Translations under genes and position numbers: made by a program
Shown here: positions 18,492-28,238 of the stretch, in pieces
Position numbering within the stretch: position 1 is the first letter of the stretch
Layout of the letters: every line of letters starts with the position of its first letter
Source: Chlamydiota bacterium
GTDB lineage: Bacteria; Chlamydiota; Chlamydiia; Chlamydiales; RGXB01
Assembly (NCBI GenBank): GCA_947494155.1
Contig: CANLTW010000001.1
Coordinates: 151,971 to 215,970 of the forward strand
Reading direction: 5' to 3'
DNA length: 64,000 nt
Notes under the pieces: generated by a model
The model's input: the letters and a program-made list of their open reading frames with translations, nothing else
The model's database searches: none
What the model was told of the DNA's origin: nothing

Positions 18492-19331
18492 ATGCAGCCT
18501 GTTTATATAGGGATGGATATTGGAGGAACACATATTCGAGTTCTAAAAAATCAGACAAGAACAGTATTAAAAACGGCCGATTTTCAGGATTTTATGGATG
18601 TAATCGATTTATTGGTGCAGCCCTCGATCCCGACAGACATTGTCTGTGCATTAGCCGGACCTATCGATCATGAAGGGGGGGTATCTCCACCTAATATAAA
18701 AAAATGGGGAAGGGTTGATCCCAAAAAGATAGAAAAAAAGTTTCCTCAGGTGAAAATCCGATTCATCAACGATTTGGTAGCCCATGCCCATGGATTAGAG
18801 CATGCGGAGCAAAAAGATCTCCACCTTTTGAAGAAAGGCTCTATGCCCGATGGAAAAAAAATTCTCCTTATTGCGCCGGGGACAGGTCTTGGTGTTGCCT
18901 TCAAAGATCATGCGCACGTATATCCATCCGAAGCGGGACATATCGATTGCCCAGCTTATGGGCAGGAGGGGGAAAAAGTGTACCAGAATATGTTAAAAAA
19001 ATATGGGCATGTCTCTTATGAAAGGATCGTATCCGGTCCAGGTTTAGAGGAGATAAATCAGATCTTGAATACGAAAGGTGTGCAACCCCTGTTTACCCAA
19101 AATCTGGCGAGATTTATAGCAAACATGACCGTTACTTTTTTGCCCGAGACAATCTTTTTAGGCGGGGGAATACTCATGCATCGCCTTGAGGAGATCGATA
19201 GAGCCCTTTTTAATGAGGCACTTTTAGATCAAGGGCGTTTTAAAGAGCTTGTTAACCGCCCGAATATCTATGTAGTTTTAGACGAATTCACCGCTTTAAA
19301 GGGGGCGTATTCCTTGGTTCACCCCAAATAA
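18492..19331 (+). CDS. glk: Glucokinase
   Basis: MDIGGTHIR, ALAGPI, FINDLVA, APGTGLG, PSEAGH, SYERIVSGPGL, FLGGGI. Confidence 0.88.
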   Translation: MQPVYIGMDIGGTHIRVLKNQTRTVLKTADFQDFMDVIDLLVQPSIPTDIVCALAGPIDHEGGVSPPNIKKWGRVDPKKIEKKFPQVKIRFINDLVAHAHGLEHAEQKDLHLLKKGSMPDGKKILLIAPGTGLGVAFKDHAHVYPSEAGHIDCPAYGQEGEKVYQNMLKKYGHVSYERIVSGPGLEEINQILNTKGVQPLFTQNLARFIANMTVTFLPETIFLGGGILMHRLEEIDRALFNEALLDQGRFKELVNRPNIYVVLDEFTALKGAYSLVHPK

Positions 19332-19452
19332 AGCCGATTTTGAAGAGAAAAAAAGAAAGATTTTTCCTGTTTTGCTAAAAAAGGGTTTAGAAAAAAAAGG
19401 CAAAAACGTATACCTGATAATCACGATAAGTTTTTCACTCTTATAGATTTAG

Positions 19453-20571
19453 ATGGGTATAAAGATGAGTATAAAAAAATTAGGACTCCTATTTGGATTA
19501 GTAGGGGTGTTCAGTGGAGTTTTTGCTGGAGACGATAACTCCTGCAAAAAAGAGGGTAAAGACAAAAAGATGCAGGATTGCTCAAGCCTTTGTTTTGCCG
19601 GACCACATTTGGACGAGGATAATGCTATCAATGTAATGGGTGCTGCGATTTATGGAGTGGCAAATGCTCAAGCAACTGAGGTAGCCCTCTATACAACTAG
19701 CCGTACTAACGCAAATTTTCCGGAAGGTGGACAAGGGATCAACCCTTATGAAAACCCGGCTTGGGGATTCAAAGTGGGGTTAGGATACAGAGCAACCCAT
19801 GATGATTGGCAAATTCAGGGGCGTTATACCTGGTTTAAATCTACCTACAACGGATCCTATGATACCGCATATGGTGGAGGCTATTTTCCCTCTTTTTACG
19901 CAAATTCTGCTGTAGATACTAACCCGGCTAACGTATATGGGACCGTCACTTTGTATAACAACGTACAATACGGTACATATACCCTTTTACAGGCTTTGAA
20001 TGTTTACCTTTTTAGACCAACACTTGTAACAGCGCTGTTGGAAATTTCACCCTATTTTGGTGTAGATTATATCAATACAACACGTCGTCAAGTGGTCGTT
20101 TTCACTAACGATATCAACGCAAGCAGTGTCTATGCAAACGGGGGCTTTTTTAGAACGTACGATAAAAACCAAACCTGGGGCGTTGGCCCTATGGCGGGTG
20201 TAAGCTCTAATTGGTATTTAGGTTATGATGTGGGTATCTACGCTGATGGCTATTTTGGTGTAACCTACGGAAATGCCCGTTCTTTCTCTCAAAGTTTTGC
20301 GCTAAGATCAACTGGAACCAATCCGGCTTCCAATTCGCAAATCGCAAACTCACTATATCAATATGCCCCACACATGAATGTCCAATTAGGGTTTAATTGG
20401 AGTCATACATTTGACAATGAGAGGGCAGCAGCGAGCTTTAAAGCTGGTTATGAGTCTCAGTACTTTTTCCAAGTCAATAAAACGCTTTTTAACAGTGTTG
20501 GATACTTTGCAACCAATGGCGCAGGTATTGGTTTACAAAACCTCGTCCTTCAAGTGCAGGTCGATTTCTAA
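19453..20571 (+). CDS. MOMP-like outer-membrane beta-barrel protein, paralog 1 (Lpg1974-like porin)
   Basis: Signal peptide, DCSSLC motif, WGFKVGLGY, WGVGP, C-terminal GLQNLVLQVQVDF beta-signal; start may be ATG 19465. Confidence 0.8.
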   Translation: MGIKMSIKKLGLLFGLVGVFSGVFAGDDNSCKKEGKDKKMQDCSSLCFAGPHLDEDNAINVMGAAIYGVANAQATEVALYTTSRTNANFPEGGQGINPYENPAWGFKVGLGYRATHDDWQIQGRYTWFKSTYNGSYDTAYGGGYFPSFYANSAVDTNPANVYGTVTLYNNVQYGTYTLLQALNVYLFRPTLVTALLEISPYFGVDYINTTRRQVVVFTNDINASSVYANGGFFRTYDKNQTWGVGPMAGVSSNWYLGYDVGIYADGYFGVTYGNARSFSQSFALRSTGTNPASNSQIANSLYQYAPHMNVQLGFNWSHTFDNERAAASFKAGYESQYFFQVNKTLFNSVGYFATNGAGIGLQNLVLQVQVDF

Positions 20572-20596
20572 AGTTAAAGGCTAGGAAATTCTCTAG

Positions 20597-20625
20597 AAAA
20601 GCCCCTAAATCTAGGGGCTTTTTTT
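20597..20625 (+). terminator. Intrinsic terminator
   Basis: AAAAGCCCCTA-AATC-TAGGGGCTTTTTTT. Confidence 0.9.
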
Positions 20626-20799
20626 ATTTAACTACTTATTGATACGATAAAATTTCTAACTAGTTAAACAGGAATCGGTTAAATAGAAAGGGATCAGAAA
20701 AGTTTTTTAAAAAAATGTTTCAAAAAAAAGTTTTTTCCTTTAAAAAAGAAAAAACTAACAAGGTACTTTTTAGTACAACAACTCTATTCGAGGTAAAGG

Positions 20800-21942
20800 A
20801 TGAACTTACGTTATTTGAAGCAACTCCCTATATGGATAACAACTTTAGGGCTATTTGCAGGGACAAGCGATCGAAAAACAGCCATGCAAGAGTATAATCC
20901 TGCGGATTGCGCAGACCTTTGCTGGAGAGCCACGGGTCTTGAATGTGACGAATCTTGGGATATTAACGCAGGAGCTATCTATTTTCAAGCTAGAGCGCAG
21001 GGGGTAGATATTGCTGTAATAACTCAGGATCGTAACAATTCTTTGTTTCCTGTAAATGGTATCGGTGTACAACCTGAAGAATCTCTTTGGTGGGGATTCA
21101 AGATCGGGGGAGGCTATAAATTATTTAGACAAGACTGGAGATTGACTCTAGACTACACCTTTTTTAACTCGGTCACGAATTCAGAATTATCAACAAGCTA
21201 CGGTTCGGCGTTTGTCCCTTCAATATACAATAACCAGTTCATTGGGGTGGGAATTCAACAAAACTTTCAGCTTTTTAACAACTTAGAGGTGGGGACACGA
21301 AACGTCATCAACAATGTCCAGCTATGTGCAACAAGGCCCACCTATATTGACAAAAGGGTAGAGCTTTCCCCATTTTACGGACTAGATCTCTCCTTTTTAA
21401 CCAGAAGGACCGTGAGCGTTTTCTCTAACGACTTCATACCAGGGGTAACGTATCAAAGATATCCTACATCAGGTGGTGGATTTTATCAAACATACCAAAA
21501 ATGGAGCTGGTGGGGTATTGGTCCTTGTGTTGGGCTAGCCACTAAATGGTTTTTAGACTACGATATCAGCGTCTACGGAGATGTTTACGGATCGGTAAAT
21601 TATGGATCTAGCCGTTGTAGAGTCTCCTCTTTTTCTAGACCGGCATTGAGCTTGGCTTTTGCTTCACAAACACTATCTTCTGCAGGATTTTCTGTACCAC
21701 AAGAGGCGGTAATTGATAATACACTTTTTCAATTTGCTCCAGAATTTTCCTACCAATTGGGCTTTAACTGGTCTAAATTGACTGAAGAAAAAGATCTTCT
21801 TCTCCAATTTAATCTTGGGTATGAAGCCACATACTTTTTTAATATTATTAAAACTGTTTCTCCTCAATTGGGTTACAAAATTGAAGATGGGGCAGGAATA
21901 GGAATCCAGGGCTTGGTACTTCAAGCTTTCTTAGATTTTTAA
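20800..21942 (+). CDS. MOMP-like outer-membrane beta-barrel protein, paralog 2
   Basis: GAGG SD, signal peptide, DCADLC...C, WGFKIGGGY, QKWSWWGIGP, GIQGLVLQAFLDF. Confidence 0.8.
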   Translation: MNLRYLKQLPIWITTLGLFAGTSDRKTAMQEYNPADCADLCWRATGLECDESWDINAGAIYFQARAQGVDIAVITQDRNNSLFPVNGIGVQPEESLWWGFKIGGGYKLFRQDWRLTLDYTFFNSVTNSELSTSYGSAFVPSIYNNQFIGVGIQQNFQLFNNLEVGTRNVINNVQLCATRPTYIDKRVELSPFYGLDLSFLTRRTVSVFSNDFIPGVTYQRYPTSGGGFYQTYQKWSWWGIGPCVGLATKWFLDYDISVYGDVYGSVNYGSSRCRVSSFSRPALSLAFASQTLSSAGFSVPQEAVIDNTLFQFAPEFSYQLGFNWSKLTEEKDLLLQFNLGYEATYFFNIIKTVSPQLGYKIEDGAGIGIQGLVLQAFLDF

Positions 21943-21965
21943 ACACTATTAAAAATTATAAAAAT

Positions 21966-21998
21966 AAGCGGGTCATAAATAAGTGGCCCGTTTTTTTT
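21966..21998 (+). terminator. Intrinsic terminator
   Basis: AAGCGGGTCA...TGGCCCGTTTTTTTT. Confidence 0.85.
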
Positions 21999-22128
21999 AG
22001 AGAAAATGGAAAAAATAAAAGAAAAATTCGGCTTTTTTAAAAAAACAGTTTTAAAAATTCTTAATTTTTCTTATAGGGGGTTTAAAAACTAAGCCATTGC
22101 TTTACCTTTTTAACCCATGAGAGGAAAA

Positions 22129-23244
22129 ATGAAAAAATATAGCCTTAACAAAATACCGATGATCCTAGCATCATTGGGTCTTTTTGCTGGCATCCAAGCA
22201 GAAGATACAACCCTAGACAAGATACCCGCAGACTGTTCAAGTCTGTGTGCAGATAAACCCAATTTTGATTGCTCGAAAGATTTCGAGATCATGGGTGCTG
22301 CAGTCTATGAGCAGGTACGTGTCCAAGGGGGAGAGCCTGCATTTATAAGTTATGATAGAAACCAGACGTTATTTCCTGTAAACGGTTTTGGTGTCCAACA
22401 ACCAGAATTTGGTTCTTGGGGATTCAAATTGGGCGCAGCCTATAATGGGTGGTCGGATGATTGGAGAACAGGAGTGAAATATTTTTATTTCCAAGCGATC
22501 TCTGATTCTATAGTACAAAATGCGTACGGATCTGTTTTCATCCCTTCAGTGTATGCGAACCAGTTTGTTGATAACAACTTCAAGCAAACAGCTACCGGTT
22601 TTGCTAACTTGCAGCTGGGGAATAAAACAACAATAAATGATATTAAGGTTTTTCTAGGAAGACCTACCCTAATTACAGGTAGAGTATCAGTTGATACTTA
22701 CAGTACAGTTGAAGCAACGATCATCTCCAGAAGACAAATACAGTTTTATACAAATGATGTAATTGCAGGCGTTGCCCCTATTGCAGCTAACGCCCAAAGG
22801 TATTCTACAAATATTGGTGGATACTTTCAAAACTATCAAAAATATACTTGGTGGGGAGTAGGACCGGGCGTAGGTGCAAAAGCAAACTATATGCTTGGGA
22901 AGGGTGTAAGCGTTTATTGTGACGGATCAGGTTCATTGAAATATGGACTGATCTCTACAAGAACTTCAACACTATCGTCACCAAAATTGGATCCGGCAGG
23001 TAACGAAGCTTTAATGTTGAGCAACCTTTATCAGTTCTCACCAGGATTAGATTTTGAGTTAGGCTTTTCATGGTCTTATACTTTTGATGAAGATCAAACA
23101 AGAGTTAGATTCAATATTGCTTATGAAAGCGGATTTTATTTCTTCTCTATGAGAACACCGGTTCCTGATATCAATACTAGAGCTGAAAACGGTGCTGGAT
23201 TAGGCCTGCAAGGGCTAGTCTTGGAGGCAGCAATAGAATTCTAG
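22129..23244 (+). CDS. MOMP-like outer-membrane beta-barrel protein, paralog 3
   Basis: GAGG SD before ATG 22129, DCSSLC...C, FQNYQKYTWWGVGP, GLQGLVLEAAIEF. Confidence 0.8.
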   Translation: MKKYSLNKIPMILASLGLFAGIQAEDTTLDKIPADCSSLCADKPNFDCSKDFEIMGAAVYEQVRVQGGEPAFISYDRNQTLFPVNGFGVQQPEFGSWGFKLGAAYNGWSDDWRTGVKYFYFQAISDSIVQNAYGSVFIPSVYANQFVDNNFKQTATGFANLQLGNKTTINDIKVFLGRPTLITGRVSVDTYSTVEATIISRRQIQFYTNDVIAGVAPIAANAQRYSTNIGGYFQNYQKYTWWGVGPGVGAKANYMLGKGVSVYCDGSGSLKYGLISTRTSTLSSPKLDPAGNEALMLSNLYQFSPGLDFELGFSWSYTFDEDQTRVRFNIAYESGFYFFSMRTPVPDINTRAENGAGLGLQGLVLEAAIEF

Positions 23245-23265
23245 TAAACTCTTAGAAATTTTTAC

Positions 23266-23299
23266 AAAAAAATGGAGATCGTTTTGGTCTCCATTTTTT
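23266..23299 (+). terminator. Intrinsic terminator
   Basis: AAAAAAATGGAGATC-GTTTT-GGTCTCCATTTTTT. Confidence 0.88.
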
Positions 23300-23419
23300 A
23301 TTTAAATAAATTAAAAAAAATTTTTTCAAAAAAAACTATTTACAATTCTTTTTTTTTAGATTATAGGTAGATTAAAAAATAAAGCCGTAGCTTAACCATT
23401 AACCTTTTTGAGGTAAACA

Positions 23420-24526
23420 ATGAACATCCGTAGTGTTCTTCATCTGCCACTCATCGTAGCAAGTCTAGGATTGATGGCCGGAAATTACAATGAGAATAAA
23501 CAGGGGCAAGATTGCACTCCCTTATGTTATGCAGGTCCAGTACTTGATTGCGATAGCAATTTTGATGTATATGGAGGTGCAATTTATGAGGTGGTGAATG
23601 CTCAGGGATCTGAAATCGCCGCTCAAGTAGATAGATTAGGTATTACATTTCCTGCAAACGGATCTATGATCCAGCAAACAGAAACGCCCTCTTGGGGTTT
23701 CAAAGTCGGTCTAGGCTATAAAAATTGGATAGATAATTGGAGATCCTATGCACGCTACACCTGGTTTAAAGCCATTAGCAACTTGAACTACCAGGCTTCT
23801 GTTGGTCAACTATATCAGCCCTCTAGTTACGCTAACCAGTACGTAGAGAACCTGACGCTTCCACAAACGTTTGGATTTTTAAATCTACAAGCAGGTAACT
23901 ATACTCTTCTCAATAATTTGGAAGTAGCTATCGGAAGACCGACTCTGGTCACAGAAAGCCTAGAGTTGACAACATCCTATGGTGTTACAGCTACCTGGCT
24001 CACAAGAAGACAGATTGCTGTTTTTACCAATAACACCGCAGGTACCGGCGCAGTTACAGATTTATATGCTTCAGCTGGTGGCGGATTTTTTCAAAACTAC
24101 CAAAAATATACGTGGTGGGGTGTAGGACCTATGGTTAACCTCCGCTCAGTTTTTTATATTGGTAGTGGCGTGGGAATTTATGCTGACACTTATATAGCGC
24201 TCACCTATGGGGCATCAGATGTCCGTACATCTACATTTGCAAAAAGAAACATCAATACAGTTGCAGCACCTAATTATAACAATGTTGAGGCCGCACTGCA
24301 TAACAAGATGTTCCAATTTTCTCCAGAGTATAATTTTGAACTAGGATTCAATTGGTCGCAAACGTACAAAGAAGACTCGATAAAAGCCTCTTTTATGATC
24401 GGGTATGAGACATCCTATTACCAACAGGTAATCAAAACATTAACAAATGAAATCGCCTACAGAAACGAAAACTCAGCAGGATTAGGAATCCAGGGTTTAG
24501 TAATCACGGCGATGCTGGATTTCTAA
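23420..24526 (+). CDS. MOMP-like outer-membrane beta-barrel protein, paralog 4
   Basis: GAGG SD, DCTPLC...C, WGFKVGLGY, FQNYQKYTWWGVGP, GIQGLVITAMLDF. Confidence 0.8.
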   Translation: MNIRSVLHLPLIVASLGLMAGNYNENKQGQDCTPLCYAGPVLDCDSNFDVYGGAIYEVVNAQGSEIAAQVDRLGITFPANGSMIQQTETPSWGFKVGLGYKNWIDNWRSYARYTWFKAISNLNYQASVGQLYQPSSYANQYVENLTLPQTFGFLNLQAGNYTLLNNLEVAIGRPTLVTESLELTTSYGVTATWLTRRQIAVFTNNTAGTGAVTDLYASAGGGFFQNYQKYTWWGVGPMVNLRSVFYIGSGVGIYADTYIALTYGASDVRTSTFAKRNINTVAAPNYNNVEAALHNKMFQFSPEYNFELGFNWSQTYKEDSIKASFMIGYETSYYQQVIKTLTNEIAYRNENSAGLGIQGLVITAMLDF

Positions 24527-24547
24527 TACAAAGAGAAGAACACGTAG

Positions 24548-24576
24548 AAAAAAGGCCGGTAATCCCGGCCTTTTTT
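24548..24576 (+). terminator. Intrinsic terminator
   Basis: AAAAAAGGCCGG-TAATC-CCGGCCTTTTTT. Confidence 0.9.
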
Positions 24577-24794
24577 ATTTAATTGCAATAGTTGGTTCTT
24601 TAAAAAAACGTATTCAAAAAAAGCTATTGCATCTCTTTATATTACTTGCTGTAATTAAAAATTATTTGCATGAGAAAACACAAAATGAAAATATTTTTTT
24701 AATTTTCTATTTTAAAAAATTCTCCTTTCAGGTATGAGAAGAGTTAATAGGAAAAAAAGCCGTTTGATGAATGTCTAACCTTTAAGAGGAAAAG

Positions 24795-26045
24795 ATGAAA
24801 ACTTACTTTAGTCAATATCTTCCTGCAATTGTAGTTTCACTGGCGGTTGCCTCTGGAATACAAGCGGAAGAAAATAGATCTGCGGATGGAAAAAGTCCAG
24901 TTTGTGCAGATATGTGCTACGCTGGACCCGTTCTCGATTGTAACGATAACTGGAATGTTATGGGAGCCGCTGTTTACGAGCAAGTGCGCGTGCAAGGGGG
25001 CGATATTGCATTACTACAAGATGCTGGTGCAAGATCAAATCCATTATTAGGAGTACAATTCCCGCAAAATGCTACTACGATACAGTTTCCCGAAGATCTC
25101 TCTTGGGGATTTAAAATTGGTGTAGGTTATAGAGATTTGATTAGTGATTGGACAGCCCAAATTCGCTATAACTATTTTAAATCTGTAACGAACGGTTCAT
25201 TGGAGTCGGGATATAACTTTGGTTTTGCGCCCTCTTATTACGTAAATCGCGCCATATTTAGCATTTATTCACCTACTGGACCCTCTAATAGTTATACAAA
25301 TGCAGGTACAGCATCAGTTCCAATTACAGGTTTACCAGTAGGTGCTAATGCTTCGAATGCGAATATTCTTTTCCAAAATATGGAGATGGGGACATCCAGC
25401 ATAATCAACAACTTTAATGTGACTCTAGAGAGGCCTTCTTTAGTAACTCAAAACCTAGAAGTAACACCTTTTTATGGTGTGAACACAACTATTATTACCC
25501 GTCGTCAGCTTGCGGTGTTTACAAACGACTATTCTCCCACTGGAACTACACAACAAGCTTTGAACTTTTATCCTTCATCGCTTGGTGCCTTTTTCCAAAA
25601 CTACCAAAAATACACATGGTGGGGTGTGGGTCCATTAGCTGGGGTACACACAAGTTTCAAAATGGGTGATATGTTTGCCCTTTATGGCGATGCATTTGGA
25701 TCATTGACCTATGGACAGTGCTCCTCAAGAGCAAGTACCTTTTCCAAAAGGGTTTCACAACAAGGAAGTTTGTCCGGTGCTCTCGGACCTTACACTCCGG
25801 TAGAGGCTGTGATGGAGCAAAGGATGTTCCAATTCTCTCCTGAAGTAAATTTCCAAGTGGGAATCCGCTTCGAGGACAGATTTGATAACGATTCTAAACA
25901 AGTGCGAGTAAACATTGGTTACGAAGCAGCTTACTACTTCTTAGTAATGAAAACTGTAGTTAACGATACTCTTACGTATCAAACCGCAGATGGAGCAGGT
26001 TTAGGATTGCAAGGGCTTGTGCTTCAAGCACAACTCGATTTCTAA
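24795..26045 (+). CDS. MOMP-like outer-membrane beta-barrel protein, paralog 5 (long loop insertions)
   Basis: GAGG SD, CADMC...C, WGFKIGVGY, FQNYQKYTWWGVGP, GLQGLVLQAQLDF. Confidence 0.8.
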   Translation: MKTYFSQYLPAIVVSLAVASGIQAEENRSADGKSPVCADMCYAGPVLDCNDNWNVMGAAVYEQVRVQGGDIALLQDAGARSNPLLGVQFPQNATTIQFPEDLSWGFKIGVGYRDLISDWTAQIRYNYFKSVTNGSLESGYNFGFAPSYYVNRAIFSIYSPTGPSNSYTNAGTASVPITGLPVGANASNANILFQNMEMGTSSIINNFNVTLERPSLVTQNLEVTPFYGVNTTIITRRQLAVFTNDYSPTGTTQQALNFYPSSLGAFFQNYQKYTWWGVGPLAGVHTSFKMGDMFALYGDAFGSLTYGQCSSRASTFSKRVSQQGSLSGALGPYTPVEAVMEQRMFQFSPEVNFQVGIRFEDRFDNDSKQVRVNIGYEAAYYFLVMKTVVNDTLTYQTADGAGLGLQGLVLQAQLDF

Positions 26046-26072
26046 GCACTCAAGATCCAGCAGTGTTTCAAC

Positions 26073-26102
26073 AAAAAGGTGCCTACGGGCACCTTTTTTT
26101 TT
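26073..26102. terminator. Bidirectional intrinsic terminator containing the stop codon of the convergent gene
   Basis: AAAAAGGTGCC-TACG-GGCACCTTTTTTTTT. Confidence 0.85.
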
Positions 26103-27132
26103 GAAAAAAAAGATCGGTTAAATGGAACTGGCTTTTGTTGCTTAATCCGAAAAAGAAAAATTGTTTTTTCTGGGCAAATTTTAAACTATTTTTTGGGGAA
26201 ATATCCTCATCATAAAGCCACAGATTTTTAAATTTTGAGGGGTAAAGATTATCGGTATAGGGAAAATCGTTTTTATATTTCGAAAAAATGCAGGAGAGAA
26301 CATGTTCTTCCGGAAAAACACTTAAGAAAGGCAGACCGCTTTCACAACATTTATAATAGCTATTTACCACTTGAACCGTGGGAGCAAAGGAGAAATCCAA
26401 TCCAAAAATGGGGGTTGTAATACGGTATTGAATGAGGGGGTTCAAATCTGTCAATTCGGTGAGTTTCTCCAGAGCAGGGGAAAGAAAATTTGCCCTCACC
26501 ATCACTTTATCTTTTATTAAAAAGGCGTGATGCTTTTTGATCACATCAAAAATAGGATCAATCGAGCGTATCGGGATTAATCGGGAGTCAACCCAAAGAA
26601 CATGACTAAAACCCAGTTTAGACGCCTCAAGCATTAAAAATATCTTGAAGCTATAGGGAACAGCAGCATAACGGATCTCTTTGCCTGTAGGGTTGGGAAA
26701 TCCCCCTATTCTATAGAAGAAGTAACCGTTAAACCCATGCGCCTCAAGATTTTTGATGGATTGATGAATGAGCTCAGGATTCCTTAAATTTGAGCCGTCC
26801 ACAGTCGTTACAACGCAGCAAGATGAGCCTTTATTAATCTTGATGAGGCATTTTGCCAGATTGTCGGCAGAAAACTTTTGATCGACCCCTCGAAACACTC
26901 TTTTCGATAGATGAGTTTTTACCTCTTCCAACTCTTTTTGTGTTAACTCAAAATTCTTTTTTTCTTCTCTAAACAAGGATTCTATACATGTAGAAATATT
27001 TGCTTTTTGTATATTTTCCTCAAGCTGCTTATAGTACTTGTTCTCTTCAGCAAACTCATCAGGAACCTCAAAAAGAAAAGGATTTATGCTTAGGGAAAAA
27101 AATAGATACATGGGGGTGAAGTAAAAAGACAT
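26083..27132 (-). CDS. Putative exported GT-A-fold glycosyltransferase, paralog A
   Basis: Hydrophobic N-terminus; GFNGYFFYRIGGFPNP...PYSFKIFLMLEA...VLWVDS...FPEEHVLS. Confidence 0.55.
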   Translation of the reverse strand: MSFYFTPMYLFFSLSINPFLFEVPDEFAEENKYYKQLEENIQKANISTCIESLFREEKKNFELTQKELEEVKTHLSKRVFRGVDQKFSADNLAKCLIKINKGSSCCVVTTVDGSNLRNPELIHQSIKNLEAHGFNGYFFYRIGGFPNPTGKEIRYAAVPYSFKIFLMLEASKLGFSHVLWVDSRLIPIRSIDPIFDVIKKHHAFLIKDKVMVRANFLSPALEKLTELTDLNPLIQYRITTPIFGLDFSFAPTVQVVNSYYKCCESGLPFLSVFPEEHVLSCIFSKYKNDFPYTDNLYPSKFKNLWLYDEDISPKNSLKFAQKKQFFFFGLSNKSQFHLTDLFFQKKRCP

Positions 27133-27137
27133 AATAA

Positions 27138-28202
27138 TTAATCCTCTGATGGGGTAGCGCTATTAGCTCCCTCGTTCGAAATACCAAAAAAATAGTAATT
27201 TTTGCTTTTGGAAAATACCGCTAATTTTTGATCCATTTTGGCATTTGGGGAGTATAAATAGAGCTTTTTCCAAATTTCAGGGTACAACTCGTTCAAAAAG
27301 GTCGCGCGAGAAAAATGCTTTTCTAAGAGGGCTGAAAGTACTATCTCCTCTGGATAACAAGATAAAAAAGGGGTGCCCAGTTGGGATGCGGTATAAAATC
27401 CATCAATCAGATTTTCTACTTCTTTCAGCTGCATATTAAGGCCAAATACCGGCGTAGCTAATGCGCGATTTTTCTCATAAGAGGTTTTTGTAAGGGCAAG
27501 TATAGCCTTTTGGGCCTCAAGAAAAATATTGTTTTTTCCCATGGTGTGCGTGCTATTAAAAAGCCCTCCTGCGTCCCGAATGATTGAGAAAAGGGGGGTG
27601 ATATTTTTCAGTGCAACCAATCGAGCATCTACCCAAAGAATAGTTTGAAATCCTAGTTGTTTTGCCTCTTCCATTAAAAAAATTTTAAAGGCATAAGGGG
27701 TAGCACTCAAATTGAGCTCGAACCCTCTAGGGGTCGGATATCCCCCTATTCTGTAATAAAGATATCCATCAAATCCTGTTTTCTCCAAAGAGTTCTTGAG
27801 GCGTTCAAGAAGTCCTTTAGGCCTCCTTTTTCCAAAGCCTACACAACTAACAACAAGATTACTCCCCCCACGATTGATTTTGATGAGGTTTTTAGAGGGT
27901 TGTTCTAGCTTCAACGGATCGGAAAGACGCATCCTTAAAGCAATCCCCATCCTTTCAAGAACAGACTGGTAAAATAGACGGAAAAAGTCCTCCTCATGAA
28001 TTCCGCAAAGACCTCTTTCATGATTGTAAACCTCTTTAAGGCGGTTTTCCAATAGATGAGAATCAAGCATCTGATCGATATTTTGAAAATCTTCATTTGT
28101 TGGCTCTTTTTTTGGGGGATACTCTAAATAAAAAGGGGAAAGAGCGAGAAAAAATGGGGTTAGAATTTTTGTATAGGAGAATATTTCAAGAAAAAATTTC
28201 AT
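27138..28202 (-). CDS. Putative exported GT-A-fold glycosyltransferase, paralog B
   Basis: Tandem paralog of A: GFDGYLYYRIGGYPTP...PYAFKIFLMEEA...ILWVDA...YPEEIVLS. Confidence 0.55.
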   Translation of the reverse strand: MKFFLEIFSYTKILTPFFLALSPFYLEYPPKKEPTNEDFQNIDQMLDSHLLENRLKEVYNHERGLCGIHEEDFFRLFYQSVLERMGIALRMRLSDPLKLEQPSKNLIKINRGGSNLVVSCVGFGKRRPKGLLERLKNSLEKTGFDGYLYYRIGGYPTPRGFELNLSATPYAFKIFLMEEAKQLGFQTILWVDARLVALKNITPLFSIIRDAGGLFNSTHTMGKNNIFLEAQKAILALTKTSYEKNRALATPVFGLNMQLKEVENLIDGFYTASQLGTPFLSCYPEEIVLSALLEKHFSRATFLNELYPEIWKKLYLYSPNAKMDQKLAVFSKSKNYYFFGISNEGANSATPSED

Positions 28203-28238
28203 TTGTAATTTCAGGAATTTTAAGCAAAAATACTCTAC

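Noticed and set aside
23339..23367. T9 tract in a putative porin promoter spacer as a phase-variation switch
   Set aside because: A/T homopolymers of 7-9 nt are common throughout this window, so there is no specific signal without read data.
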